Shown here: positions 50,401-64,000 of the stretch, piece after piece | Position numbering within the stretch: the stretch's first letter is position 1 | How the letters are laid out: the number at the start of each line of letters is the position of its first letter | NCBI RefSeq assembly: GCF_963921235.1 | Contig: NC_086101.1 | Coordinates: 1,240,001-1,304,000, forward strand | Origin: Mobula hypostoma | Lineage: Eukaryota | Length of the DNA: 64,000 nt | Direction of reading: 5' to 3' | Made by a program: the position numbers and the translations under genes | Notes under the pieces: model-generated | What the model was told of the DNA's origin: nothing | What the model saw: only the letters and a program-made list of their open reading frames with translations | The model's database searches: none

Positions 50401-53400
50401 GTCGGTGGAGAGACGAGGAGGACGGTGGAGAGACGGGGAGTCAGAGGAGAGACGGGAAGGACGGAGGAGAGACGGAGGAGGACGGTGGAGAGACGGGGAG
50501 TCGGAGGAGAGACGGGGAGTCGGAGGAGAGACAGGGAGTCGGAGGAGAGACGAGGAGGATGGTGGAGAGGCGAGGAGTCGGAGGAGAGATGGGGTTTTTG
50601 ACGGGGAGTCGGAGGATAGACGGGTAGGACGGAGGAGAGACGGAGGAGGACGGTGGAGATACGGGGAGTCGGTGGAGAGACAGGGAGTCGGAGAAGAGAC
50701 GAGGAAGACGGTGGAGAGACGGGGAGTCGGAGGAGAGACGGGGAGGATGGAGGAGACACGGGGAGGACGGAGGAGAGACGGGGAGTCGGAGGAGAGATGA
50801 GGAGTCGGAGGAGAGACGGGGAGTCGGAGGAGAGACGGGGAGTCGGAGGAGAGACGGGGAGGATGGAGGAGAGACAGGCAGTCGGAGGAGAGACGAGGAG
50901 GACAGTGGAGAGACAGGGAGTCGGAAGAGAGACCAGGAAGACGGTGGAGAGACGGGGAGTCGGCGGAGACACGAGGAGTCGGAGGAGAGACGAGGAGTCA
51001 GAGGAGAGACGGGATTTTGACGGGGAGTCGGAGGAGAGACGGGGAGGATGGTGGAGAGACGAGGAGTCAGAGGAGAGACGGAGAGGACGGAGAAGAGACG
51101 GGGAGGAAGGAGGAGAGACAGGGAGAACGGAGGAGAAACGGGGAGGACGGTGCAGAGACGGGGTGTCGGGGGACAGACGGGGTGTCGGGGGAGAGACGGG
51201 GAGGGCGAAGGAGAGACTGGGAGTCGGAGGAGATACGAGGAGGACAGTGGGGAGACAGGAAGTCGGAGGAGAGACCAGGAAGACGGAGGAGAGACGGGGA
51301 GTCGGAGGAGAGACGGGGAGACGGAGAAGAGACGGGGAGTCGGAGGAGATACGAGGAGGACGGTGGAGAGACGGGGAGGACGGTGGAGAGACGGGGAGGA
51401 CGGTGGAGAGACGGGGAGTCGGAGGAGAGACGGGGAGTCGGAGGAGAGACGGGGAGTCGGAGGAGAGACGGAGAGGATGGAGGAGAGACAGGCAGTCGGA
51501 GGAGAGACGAGGAGGACAGTGGAGAGACAGGGAGTCGGAAGAGAGACCAGGAAGACGGTGGAGAGACGGGGAGTCGGCGGAGACACGGGGAGTCGGAGGA
51601 GAGACAGGGAGTCGGTGGAGAGATGAGGAGGACGGTGGAGAGACGGGGAGTCAGAGGAGAGACGGGAAGGACGGAGGAGAGACGGAGGAGGACGGTGGAG
51701 AGACGGGGAGTCGGAGGAGAGACGGGGAGTCGGAGGAGAGACAGGGAGTCGGAGGAGAGACGAGGAGGATGGTGGAGAGGCGAGGAGTTGGAGGAGAGAT
51801 GGGGTTTTTGACGGGGAGTCGGAGGATAGACGGGGAGGACGGAGGAGAGACGGAGGAGGACGGTGGAGAGACGGGGAGTAGGTGGAGAGACGGGGAGTCG
51901 GTGGAGAGACAGGGAGTCGGAGAAGAGAGGAGGAAGACGGTGGAGAGATGGGGAGTCGGAGGAGAGACGGGGAGGATGGAGGAGACACGGGGAGGACGGA
52001 GGAGAGACGGGGAGTCGGAGGAGAGATGAGGAGTCGGAGGAGAGACGGGGAGTCGGAGGAGAGACGGGGAGTCGGAGGAGAGACGGGGAGGATGGAGGAG
52101 AGACAGGCAGTCGGAGGAGAGACGAGGAGGACAGTGGAGAGACAGGGAGTCGGAAGAGAGACCAGGTAGACGGTGGAGAGACGGGGAGTCGGCGGAGACA
52201 CGAGGAGTCGGAGGAGAGACGAGGAGTCAGAGGAGAGACGGGATTTTGACGGGGAGTCGGAGGAGAGACGGGGAGGATGGTGGAGAGACGAGGAGTCAGA
52301 GGAGAGACGGAGAGGACGGAGAAGAGACGGGGAGGAAGGAGGAGAGACAGGGAGAACGGAGGAGAAACGGGGAGGACGGTGCAGAGACGGGGTGTCGGGG
52401 GACAGACGGGGAGTCGGGGGAGAGACGAGGAGACGGAGGAGAGACGGGGAGACGGAGGAGAGACGGGGAGGGCGAAGGAGAGACTGGGAGTCGGAGGAGA
52501 TACGAGGAGGACAGTGGGGAGACAGGAAGTCGGAGGAGAGACCAGGAAGACGGAGGAGAGACGGGGAGTCGGAGGAGAGACGGGGAGACGGAGAAGAGAC
52601 GGGGAGTCGGAGGAGATACGAGGAGGACGGTGGAGAGACGGGGAGTCAGTGGAGAGATGGGGAGTCGGAGAAGAGACCAGGAAGACGGAGGAGAGACGGG
52701 GAGACGGAGGAGAGACGGGGAGACGGAGGAGAGACGGGGAGTCGGAGGAGAGACGGGGAGACGGAGGAGAGACTGGGAGGAGATACGGAGGAGAGACGGG
52801 GAGGACGGAGGAGAGACGGGGAGTCGGTGGAGAGACGGGGAGTCGGAGGAGAGACGGGGAGTCGGAGGAGAGACGGAGGAGAGACGGGGAGGACGGAGGA
52901 GAGACGGGGAGGATGGAGGAGAGACGGGTAGTCGAAGGAGAGACGAGGAAGACGGTGGAGAGACGGGGAGTCGGAGGAGACACAGGGAGTCGGAGGAGAG
53001 ACAGGGAGTCAGTGGAGAGACGAGCAGGACGGTGGAGAGACGAAGAGTCAGAGGAGAGACGAGGAGTCAGAGGAGAGACGGGATTTTGATGGGGAGTCGG
53101 AGGAGAGACGGGGAGGACGGAGGAGAGACGGGGAGGATGGAGGAGAGACGGGGAGTCGAAGGAGAGACGAGGAAGACGGTGGAGAGACGAGCAGGACGGT
53201 GGAGAGACGAAGAGTCGGAGGAGTGACGAGGAGTCAGAGGAGAGACGGGATTTTGACGGGGAGTCGGAGGAGAGACGGGGAGGACGGAGGAGAGACGGGG
53301 AGGATGGAGGAGAGACGGGGAGTCGAAGGAGAGACGAGGAAGACGGTGGAGAGACGGGGAGTCGGAGGAGACACAGGGAGTCGGAGGAGAGACAGGGAGT

Positions 53401-56400
53401 TGGTGGAGAGACGAGCAGGACGGTGGAGAGACGAAGAGTCGGAGGAGAGACGAGGAGTCAGAGGAGAGACGGGATTTTGACGGGGAGTCGGAGGATAGAC
53501 GGGGAGGACGGAGGAGAGACGGGGAGGATGGTGGAGAGACGGGGAGTCGGATAAGAGACGAGGAGTCAGAGGAGAGACGGAGAGGACGGAGAAGAGACGG
53601 GGAGGAAGGAGGAGAGACAGGACGGACGGAGGAGAAACGGGGAGGACGGTGCAGAGACGGGGTATCGGGGGACAGACGGGGAGTCGGGGGAGAGACGAGG
53701 AGACGGAGGAGAGACGGCTAGACGGAGGAGAGACGGGGAGGGTGGAGGAGAGACTGGGAGTCAGAGGAGATACGAGGAGGACAGTGGGGAGACAGGAAGT
53801 CGGAGGAGAGACCAGGAATACGGAGGAGAGACGGGGAGACAGAGGACAGACGGGGAGTCGGAAGAGAGACGGGGAGACGGAGGAGAGACGGGGAGTCGGA
53901 GGAGATACGAGGAGGATGGTGGAGAGACGGGGAGTCAGTGGAGAGATGGGGAGGACGGAGAAGAGACGGGGAGGACGGTGGAGAGACGGGGAGGACGGTG
54001 GAGAGACGGGGAGTCGGAGGAGAGACGGGGAGTCGGAGGAGTGAGGGGGAGGACGGAGGAGAGACGGAGAGGACGGAGGAGAGACGGGGAGGATGGTGGA
54101 GAGACGGGGAGTCGAAGGAGAGACGAGGAAGACGGTGGAGAGACGGGGAGTCGGAGGAGAGACGGGGAGTCGGAGGAGTGAGGGGGAGGACGGAGGAGAG
54201 ACGGAGAGGACGGAGGAGAGACGGGGAGGACGGTGGAGAGACGGGGAGTCGAAGGAGAGACGAGGAAGACGGTGGAGAGACGGGGAGTCGGAGGAGAGAC
54301 GGGGAGGACGGAGGAGAGACGGGGAGGACGGAGGAGAGACGGGGAGGACGGTGGAGAGACGGGGAGTCGGTGGAGAGACGAGGAGGACGGTGGAGAGACG
54401 GGGAGTCAGTGGAGAGATGGGGAGTCGGAGAACAGACCAGGAAGACGGAGGAGAGACGGGGAGACGGAGGAGAGACGGGGAGTCGGAGGAGAGACGGGGA
54501 GGGCGGAGGAGAGACTGGGAGGAGATACGAGGAGGACAGTGGAGAGACGGGGAGGACGGTGGAGAGACGGGGAGGACGGTGGATAGACGGGGAGTCGGAG
54601 GAGAGACGGGGAGTCGGAGGAGAGACGGGGAGTCGGAGGAAAGACGGGGAGTCGGAGGAGAGACGGAGAGGATGGAGGAGAGACAGGCAGTCGGAGGAGA
54701 GACGAGGAGGACAGTGGAGAGACAGGGAGTCGGAAGAGAGACCAGGAAGCCGGTGGAGAGACGGGGAGTCGGCGGAGACACGGGGAGTCGGAGGAGAGAC
54801 AGGGAGTCGGTGGAGAGACGAGGAGGACGGTGGAGAGACGGGGAGTCAGAGGAGAGACGGGAAGGACGGAGGAGAGACGGAGGAGGACGGTGGAGAGACG
54901 GGGAGTCGGAGGAGAGACGGGGAGTCGGAGGAGAGACGGGGAGTCGGAGGAGAGACGAGGAGGATGGTGGAGAGGCGAGGAGTTGGAGGAGAGATGGGTT
55001 TTTGACGGGGAGTCGGAGGATAGACGGGTAGGACGGAGGAGAGACGGAGGAGGACGGTGGAGAGACGGGGAGTAGGTGGAGAGACGGGGAGTCGGTGGAG
55101 AGACAGGGAGTCGGAGAAGAGACGAGGAAGACGGTGGAGAGACGGGGAGTCGGAGGAGAGACGGGGAGGATGGAGGAGACACGGGGAGGACGGAGGAGAG
55201 ACGGGGAGTCGGTGGAGAGACGAGGAGGACGGTGGAGAGACGGGGAGTCAGAGGAGAGACGGGAAGGACGGAGGAGAGACGGAGGAGGACGGTGGAGAGA
55301 CGGGGAGTCGGAGGAGAGACGGGGAGTCGGAGGAGAGACGGGGAGTCGGAGGAGAGACGAGGAGGATGGTGGAGAGGCGAGGAGTCGGAGGAGAGATGGG
55401 TTTTTGACGGGGAGTCGGAGGATAGACGGGTAGGACGGAGGAGAGACGGAGGAGGACGGTGGAGAGACGGGGAGTAGGTGGAGAGACGGGGAGTCGGTGG
55501 AGAGACAGGGAGTCGGAGAAGAGACGAGGAAGACGGTGGAGAGACGGGGAGTCGGAGGAGAGACGGGGAGGATGGAGGAGACACGGGGAGGACGGAGGAG
55601 AGACGGGGAGTCGGAGGAGAGATGAGGAGTCGGAGGAGAGACGGGGAGTCGGAGGAGAGACGGGGAGTCGGAGGAGAGACGGGGAGGATGGAGGAGAGAC
55701 AGGCAGTCGGAGGAGAGACGAGGAGGACAGTGGAGAGACAGGGAGTCGGAAGAGAGACCAGGAAGACGGTGGAGAGACGGGGAGTCGGCGGAGACACGAG
55801 GAGTCGGAGGAGAGACGAGGAGTCAGAGGAGAGACGGGATATTGACGGGGAGTCGGAGCAGAGACGGGGAGGATGGTGGAGAGACGAGGAGTCAGAGGAG
55901 AGACGGAGAGGACGGAGAAGAGACGGGGAGGAAGGAGGAGAGACAGGGAGAACGGAGGAGAAACGGGGAGGACGGTGCAGAGACGGGGTGTCGGGGGACA
56001 GACGGGGAGTCGGGGGAGAGACGGGGAGGGCGAAGGAGAGACTGGGAGTCGGAGGAGATACGAGGAGGACAGTGGGGAGACAGGAAGTCGGAGGAGAGAC
56101 CAGGAAGACGGAGGAGAGACGGGGAGTCGGAGGAGAGACGGGGAGACGGAGAAGAGACGGGGAGTCGGAGGAGATACGAGGAGGACGGTGGAGAGACGGG
56201 GAGTCAGTGGAGAGATGGGGAGTCGGAGAAGAGACCAGGAAGACGGAGGAGTGACGGGGAGACGGAGGAGAGACGGGGAGTCGGAGGAGAGACGGGGAGG
56301 GCGGAGGAGAGACTGGGAGGAGATACGAGGAGGACAGTGGAGAGACGGGGAGGACGGTGGAGAGACGGGGAGGACGGTGGAGAGACGGGGAGTCGGAGGA

Positions 56401-59400
56401 GAGACGGGGAGTCGGAGGAGAGACGGGGAGTCGGAAGAGAGACGGGGAGTCGGAGGAGAGACGGAGAGGATGGAGGAGAGACAGGCAGTCGGAGGAGAGA
56501 CGAGGAGGACAGTGGAGAGACAGGGAGTCGGAGGAGAGACCAGGAATACGGAGGAGAGACGGGGAGACAGAGGAGAGACGGGGAGTCGGAGGAGAGACGG
56601 GGAGACGGAGGAGAGACGGGGAGTCGGAGGAGATACGAGGAGGATGGTGGAGAGACGGGGAGTCAGTGGAGAGACGGGGAGGACGGAGAAGAGACGGGGA
56701 GGACGGTGGAGAGACGGGGAGGACGGTGGAGAGACGGGGAGTCGGAGGAGAGACGGGGAGTCGGAGGAGTGAGGGGGAGGACGGAGGAGAGACGGAGAGG
56801 ACGGAGGAGAGACGGGGAGGATGGTGGAGAGACGGGGAGTCGAAGGAGAGACGAGGAAGACGGTGGAGAGACGGGGAGTCGGAGGAGAGACGGGGAGGAC
56901 GGAGGAGAGACGGGGAGGACGGAGGAGAGACGGGGAGGACGGTGGAGAGACGGGGAGTCGGTGGAGAGACGAGGAGGACGGTGGAGAGACGGGGAGTCAG
57001 TGGGGAGATGGGGAGTCGGAGAACAGACCAGGAAGACGGAGGAGAGACGGGGAGACGGAGGAGAGACGGGGAGTCGGAGGAGAGACGGGGAGGGCGGAGG
57101 AGAGACTGGGAGGAGATACGAGGAGGACAGTGGAGAGACGGGGAGGACGGTGGAGAGACGGGGAGGACGGTGGATAGACGGGGAGTCGGAGGAGAGACGG
57201 GGAGTCGGAGGAGAGACGGGGAGTCGGAGGAAAGACGGGGAGTCGGAGGAGAGACGGAGAGGATGGAGGAGAGACAGGCAGTCGGAGGAGAGACGAGGAG
57301 GACAGTGGAGAGACAGGGAGTCGGAAGAGAGACCAGGAAGACGGTGGAGAGACGGGGAGTCGGCTGAGACACGGGGAGTCGGAGGAGAGACAGGGAGTCG
57401 GTGGAGAGACGAGGAGGACGGTGGAGAGACGGGGAGTCAGAGGAGAGACGGGAAGGACGGAGGAGAGACGGAGGAGGACGGTGGAGAGACGGGGAGTCGG
57501 AGGAGAGACGGGGAGTCGGAGGAGAGACAGGGAGTCGGAGGAGAGACGAGGAGGATGGTGGAGAGGCAAGGAGTCGGAGGAGTGACGAGGAGTCGGAGGA
57601 GAGACGGGATTTTGACGGGGAGTCGGAGGAGAGACGGGGAGGACGGAGGAGAGACGGGGAGGATGGAGGAGAGACGGGGAGTCGAAGGAGAGACGAGGAA
57701 GACGGTGGAGAGACGGGGAGTCGGAGGAGACACAGGGAGTCGGAGGAGAGACAGGGAGTTGGTGGAGAGACGAGCAGGACGGAGGAGAGACGAAGAGTCG
57801 GAGGAGAGACGAGGAGTCAGAGGAGAGACGGGATTTTGACGGGGAGTCGGAGGATAGACGGGGAGGACGGAGGAGAGACGGGGAGGATGGTGGAGAGACG
57901 GGGAGTCGGATAAGAGACGAGGAGTCAGAGGAGAGACGGAGAGGACGGAGAAGAGACGGGGAGGAAGGAGGAGAGACAGGAAGGACGGAGGAGAAACGGG
58001 GAGGACGGTGCAGAGACGGGGTATCGGGGGACAGACGGGGAGTCGGGGGAGAGACGAGGAGACGGAGGAGAGACGGCTAGACGGAGGAGAGACGGGGAGG
58101 GTGGAGGAGAGACTGGGAGTCAGAGGAGATACGAGGAGGACAGTGGGGAGACAGGAAGTCGGAGGAGAGACCAGGAATACGGAGGAGAGACGGGGAGACA
58201 GAGGAGAGACGGGGAGTCGGAAGAGAGACGGGGAGACGGAGGAGAGACGGGGAGTCGGAGGAGATACGAGGAGGATGGTGGAGAGACGGGGAGTCAGTGG
58301 AGAGATGGGGAGGACGGAGAAGAGACGGGGAGGACGGTGGAGAGACGGGGAGGACGGTGGAGAGACGGGGAGTCGGAGGAGAGACGGGGAGTCGGAGGAG
58401 TGAGGGGGAGGACGGAGGAGAGACGGAGAGGACGGAGGAGAGACGGGGAGGACGGTGGAGAGACGGGGAGTCTAAGGAGAGACGAGGAAGACGGTGGAGA
58501 GACGGGGAGTCGGAGGAGAGACGGGGAGGACGGAGGAGAGACGGGGAGGACGGAGGAGAGACGGGGAGGACGGTGGAGAGACGGGGAGTCGGTGGAGAGA
58601 CGAGGAGGACGGTGGAGAGACGGGGAGTCAGTGGAGAGATGGGGAGTCGGAGAACAGACCAGGAAGACGGAGGAGAGACGGGGAGACGGAGGAGAGACGG
58701 GGAGTCGGAGGAGAGACGGGGAGGGCGGAGGAGAGACTGGGAGGAGATACGAGGAGGACAGTGGAGAGACGGAGAGGACGGTGGAGAGACGGGGAGGACG
58801 GTGGATAGACGGGTAGTCGGAGGAGAGACGGGGAGTCGGAGGAGAGACGGGGAGTCGGAGGAGAGACGGGGAGTCGGAGGAGAGACGGAGAGGATGGAGG
58901 AGAGACAGGCAGTCGGAGGAGAGACGAGGAGGACAGTGGAGAGACAGGGAGTCGGAAGAGAGACCAGGAAGCCGGTGGAGAGACGGGGAGTCGGCGGAGA
59001 CACGGGGAGTCGGAGGAGAGACAGGGAGTCGGTGGAGAGACGAGGAGGACGGTGGAGAGACGGGGAGTCAGAGGAGAGACGGGAAGGACGGAGGAGAGAC
59101 GGAGGAGGACGGTGGAGAGACGGGGAGTCGGAGGAGAGACGAGGAGGATGGTGGAGAGGCGAGGAGTCGGAGGAGAGATGGGTTTTTGACGGGGAGTCGG
59201 AGGATAGACGGGTAGGACGGAGGAGAGACGGAGGAGGACGGTGGAGAGACGGGGAGTAGGTGGAGAGACGGGGAGTCGGTGGAGAGACAGGGAGTCGGAG
59301 AAGAGACGAGGAAGACGGTGGAGAGACGGGGAGTCGGAGGAGAGACGGGGAGGATGGAGGAGACACGGGGAGGACGGAGGAGAGACGGGGAGTCGGAGGA

Positions 59401-62400
59401 GAGATGAGGAGTCGGAGGAGAGACGGGGAGTCGGAGGAGAGACGGGGAGTCGGAGGAGAGACGGGGAGGATGGAGGAGAGACAGGCAGTCGGAGGAGAGA
59501 CGAGGAGGACAGTGGAGAGACAGGGAGTCGGAAGAGAGACCAGGAAGACGGTGGAGAGACGGGGAGTCGGCGGAGACACGAGGAGTCGGAGGAGAGACGA
59601 GGAGTCAGAGGAGAGACGGGATTTTGACGGGGAGTCGGAGGAGAGACGGGGAGGATGGTGGAGAGACGAGGAGTCAGAGGAGAGACGGAGAGGACGGAGA
59701 AGAGACGGGGAGGAAGGAGGAGAGACAGGGAGAACGGAGGAGAAACGGGGAGGACGGTGCAGAGACGGGGTGTCGGGGGACAGACGGGGAGTCGGGGGAG
59801 AGACGAGGAGACGGAGGAGAGACGGGGAGACGGAGGAGAGACGGGGAGGGCGAAGGAGAGACTGGGAGTCGGAGGAGATACGAGGAGGACAGTGGGGAGA
59901 CAGGAAGTCGGAGGAGAGACCAGGAAGACGGAGGAGAGACGGGGAGTCGGAGGAGAGACGGGGAGTCGGAGGAGAGACGGGGAGGATGGAGGAGAGACAG
60001 GCAGTCGGAGGAGAGACGAGGAGGACAGTGGAGAGACAGGGAGTCGGAAGAGAGACCAGGAAGACGGTGGAGAGACGGGGAGTCGGCGGAGACACGAGGA
60101 GTCGGAGGAGAGACGAGGAGTCAGAGGAGAGACGGGATATTGACGGGGAGTCGGAGCAGAGACGGGGAGGATGGTGGAGAGACGAGGAGTCAGAGGAGAG
60201 ACGGAGAGGACGGAGAAGAGACGGGGAGGAAGGAGGAGAGACAGGGAGAACGGAGGAGAAACGGGGAGGACGGTGCAGAGACGGGGTGTCGGGGGAGAGA
60301 CGGGGAGTCGGGGGAGAGACGGGGAGGGCGAAGGAGAGACTGGGAGTCGGAGGAGATACGAGGAGGACAGTGGGGAGACAGGAAGTCGGAGGAGAGACCA
60401 GGAAGACGGAGGAGAGACGGGGAGTCGGAGGAGAGACGGGGAGACGGAGAAGAGACGGGGAGTCGGAGGAGATACGAGGAGGACGGTGGAGAGACGGGGA
60501 GTCAGTGGAGAGATGGGGAGTCGGAGAAGAGACCAGGAAGACGGAGGAGAGACGGGGAGACGGAGGAGAGACGGGGAGTCGGAGGAGAGACGGGGAGGGC
60601 GGAGGAGAGACTGGGAGGAGATACGAGGAGGACAGTGGAGAGACGGGGAGGACGGTGGAGAGACGGGGAGGACGGTGGAGAGACGGGGAGTCGGAGGAGA
60701 GACGGGGAGTCGGAGGAGAGACGGGGAGTCGGAAGAGAGACGGGGAGTCGGAGGAGAGACGGAGAGGATGGAGGAGAGACAGGCAGTCGGAGGAGAGACG
60801 AGGAGGACAGTGGAGAGACAGGGAGTCGGAGGAGAGACCAGGAATACGGAGGAGAGACGGGGAGACAGAGGAGAGACGGGGAGTCGGAGGAGAGACGGGG
60901 AGACGGAGGAGAGACGGGGAGTCGGAGGAGAGACGGGGAGTCGGAGGAGAGACAGGGAGTCGGAGGAGAGACGAGGAGGATGGTGGAGAGGCGAGGAGTC
61001 GGAGGAGAGATGGGGTTTTTGACGGGGAGTCGGAGGATAGACGGGTAGGACGGAGGAGAGACGGAGGAGGACGGTGGAGAGACGGGGAGTCGGTGGAGAG
61101 ACAGGGAGTCGGAGAAGAGACGAGGAAGACGGTGGAGAGACGGGGAGTCGGAGGAGAGACGGGGAGGATGGAGGAGACACGGGGAGGACGGAGGAGAGAC
61201 GGGGAGTCGGAGGAGAGATGAGGAGTCGGAGAGACGGGGAGTCGGAGGAGAGACGGGGAGTCGGAGGAGAGACGGGGAGGATGGAGGAGAGACAGGCAGT
61301 CGGAGGAGAGACGAGGAGGACAGTGGAGAGACAGGGAGTCGGAAGAGAGACCAGGAAGACGGTGGAGAGACGGGGAGTCGGCGGAGACACGAGGAGTCGG
61401 AGGAGAGACGAGGAGTCAGAGGAGAGACGGGATTTTGACGGGGAGTCGGAGGAGAGACGGGGAGGATGGTGGAGAGACGAGGAGTCAGAGGAGAGACGGA
61501 GAGGACGGAGAAGAGACGGGGAGGAAGGAGGAGAGACAGGGAGAACGGAGGAGAAACGGGGAGGACGGTGCAGAGACGGGGTGTCGGGGGACAGACGGGG
61601 AGTCGGGGGAGAGACGGGGAGGGCGAAGGAGAGACGGGGAGTCGGATAAGAGACGAGGAGTCAGAGGAGAGACGGAGAGGACGGAGAAGAGACGGGGAGG
61701 AAGGAGGAGAGACAGGAAGGACGGAGGAGAAACGGGGAGGACGGTGCAGAAACGGGGTATCGGGGGACAGACGGGGAGTCGGGGGAGAGACAAGGAGACG
61801 GAGGAGAGACGGCTAGACGGAGGAGAGACGGGGAGGGTGGAGGAGAGACTGGGAGTCGGAGGAGATACGAGGAGGACAGTGGGGAGACAGGAAGTCGGAG
61901 GAGAGACCAGGAAGACGGAGGAGAGACGGGGAGACGGAGGAGAGACGGGGAGTCGGAGGAGAGACGGGGAGACGGAGGAGAGACGGGGAGTCGGAGGAGA
62001 TACGAGGAGGATGGTGGAGAGACGGGGAGTCAGTGGAGAGATGGGGAGGACGGAGAAGAGACGGGGAGGACGGTGGAGAGACGGGGAGGACGGTGGAGAG
62101 ACGGGGAGTCGGAGGAGAGACGGGGAGTCGGAGGAGTGAGGGGGAGGACGGAGGAGAGACGGAGAGGACGGAGGAGAGACGGGGAGGACGGTGGAGAGAC
62201 GGGGAGTCGGAGGAGAGACGAGGAAGACGGTGGAGAGACGGGGAGTCGGAGGAGAGACGGGGAGGACGGAGGAGAGACGGGGAGGACGGAGGAGAGACGG
62301 GGAGGACGGTGGAGAGACGGGGAGTCGGTGGAGAGACGAGGAGGACGGTGGAGAGACGGGGAGTCAGTGGAGAGATGGGGAGTCGGAGAAGAGACCAGGA

Positions 62401-64000
62401 AGACAGAGGAGAGACGGGGAGACGGAGGAGAGACGTGGAGTCGGAGGAGAGACGGGGAGGGCGGAGGAGAGACTGGGAGGAGATACGAGGAGGACAGTGG
62501 AGAGACGGGGAGGACGGTGGAGAGACGGGGAGGACGGTGGAGAGACGGGGAGTCGGAGGAGAGACGGGGAGTCGGAGGAGAGACGGGGAGTCGGAGGAGA
62601 GACGGGGAGTCGGAGGAGAGACGGAGAGGATGGAGGAGAGACAGGCAGTCGGAGGAGAGACGAGGAGGACAGTGGAGAGACAGGGAGTCGGAAGAGAGAC
62701 CAGGAAGACGGTGGAGAGACGGGGAGTCGGCGGAGACACGGGGAGTCGGAGGAGAGACAGGGAGTCGGTGGAGAGACGAGGAGGACGGTGGAGAGACGGG
62801 GAGTCAGAGGAGAGACGGGAAGGACGGAGGAGAGACGGAGGAGGACGGTGGAGAGACGGGGAGTCGGAGGAGAGACGGGGAGTCGGAGGAGAGACGGGGA
62901 GTCGGAGGAGAGACGAGGAGGATGGTGGAGAGGCGAGGAGTCGGAGGAGAGATGGGTTTTTGACGGGGAGTCGGAGGAGAGACGGGGAGGACGGAGGAGA
63001 GACGGAGGAGGACGGTGGAGAGACGGGGAGTAGGTGGAGAGACGGGGAGTCGGTGGAGAGACAGGGAGTCGGAGAAGAGACGAGGAAGACGGTGGAGAGA
63101 CGGGGAGTCGGAGGAGAGACGGGGAGGATGGAGGAGACACGGGGAGGACGGAGGAGAGACGGGGAGTCGGAGGAGAGACGAGGAGTCGGAGGAGAGACGG
63201 GGAGTCGGAGGAGAGACGGGGAGTCGGAGGAGAGACGGGGAGGATGGAGGAGAGACAGGCAGTCGGAGGAGAGACGAGGAGGACAGTGGAGAGACAGGGA
63301 GTTGGAAGAGAGACCAGGAAGACGGTGGAGAGACGGGGAGTCGGCGGAGACACGAGGAGTCGGAGGAGAGACGAGGAGTCAGAGGAGAGACGGGATTTTG
63401 ACGGGGAGTCGGAGGAGAGACGGGGAGGATGGTGGAGAGACGAGGAGTCAGAGGAGAGACGGAGAGGACGGAGAAGAGACGGGGAGGAAGGAGGAGAGAC
63501 AGGGAGAACGGAGGAGAAACGGGGAGGACGGTGCAGAGACGGGGTGTCGGGGGACAGACGGGGAGTCGGGGGAGAGACGAGGAGACGGAGGAGAGACGGG
63601 GAGACGGAGGAGAGACGGGGAGGGCGGAGGAGAGACTGGGAGTCGGAGGAGATACGAGGAGGACAGTGGGGAGACAGGAAGTCGGAGGAGAGACCAGGAA
63701 GACGGAGGAGAGACGGGGAGTCGGAGGAGAGACGGGGAGTCGGAGGAGAGACGGGGAGGACGGAGGAGAGACAGGCAGTCGGAGGAGAGACGAGGAGGAC
63801 AGTGGAGAGACAGGGAGTCGGAAGGGAGACCAGGAAGACGGTGGAGAGACGGGGAGTCGGCGGAGACACGGGGAGTCGGAGGAGAGACGAGGAGTCAGAG
63901 GAGAGACGGGATATTGACGGGGAGTCGGAGGAGAGACGGGGAGGATGGTGGAGAGACGAGGAGTCAGAGGAGAGACGGAGAGGACGGAGAAGAGACGGGG
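29471..64000. repeat. GA-rich satellite array of 19/20-bp monomers with higher-order structure, running off the window end
   Basis: Monomers GGAGGAGAGACGGGGAGTC (19), GG[A/T]GGAGAGACGGGGAGGAC (20) and GGAGGAGAGACGGGGAGAC (19); recurrent 224-bp unit marked by gggattttgac. Confidence 0.98.

Noticed and set aside
29482..63917. Very long ORFs (up to 1122 aa), R/G/E-rich on plus and S/P/L-rich on minus
   Set aside because: They overlap in many frames on both strands. The monomer lacks stop codons by composition and its length (19/20) is not a multiple of 3.
29471..64000. CRISPR-like repeat/spacer array or telomeric repeat
   Set aside because: There are no unique spacers and no cas genes, the context is eukaryotic, and there are no TTAGGG units.

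Overview
Eukaryotic genomic DNA, most likely from an elasmobranch (shark or ray). That is an inference from the V-SINE, CR1 and Penelope repeat types. Bases 1-29,470 are a nested mosaic of decayed retroelements: many CR1 LINEs on both strands, a Rex1/Babar LINE, a Penelope-derived inverted element with hammerhead ribozyme cores, an RTE-derived non-autonomous element, and solo LTRs. In the few unique islands, three minus-strand, phase-1/phase-1 exons (23124-23252, 18903-18983, 3096-3203) splice in frame into three consecutive transmembrane helices resembling TM3-TM5 of CD47. From about 29,471 to the window end is a >34.5 kb G/A-rich, CpG-rich satellite of 19/20-bp monomers with a 224-bp higher-order unit and multi-kb block duplications. 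It starts about 317 bp inside an apparent LTR inserted into a CR1, probably within an intron of the CD47-like gene. The long ORFs in the satellite are compositional artefacts. All family assignments come from motif recognition, not database searches.
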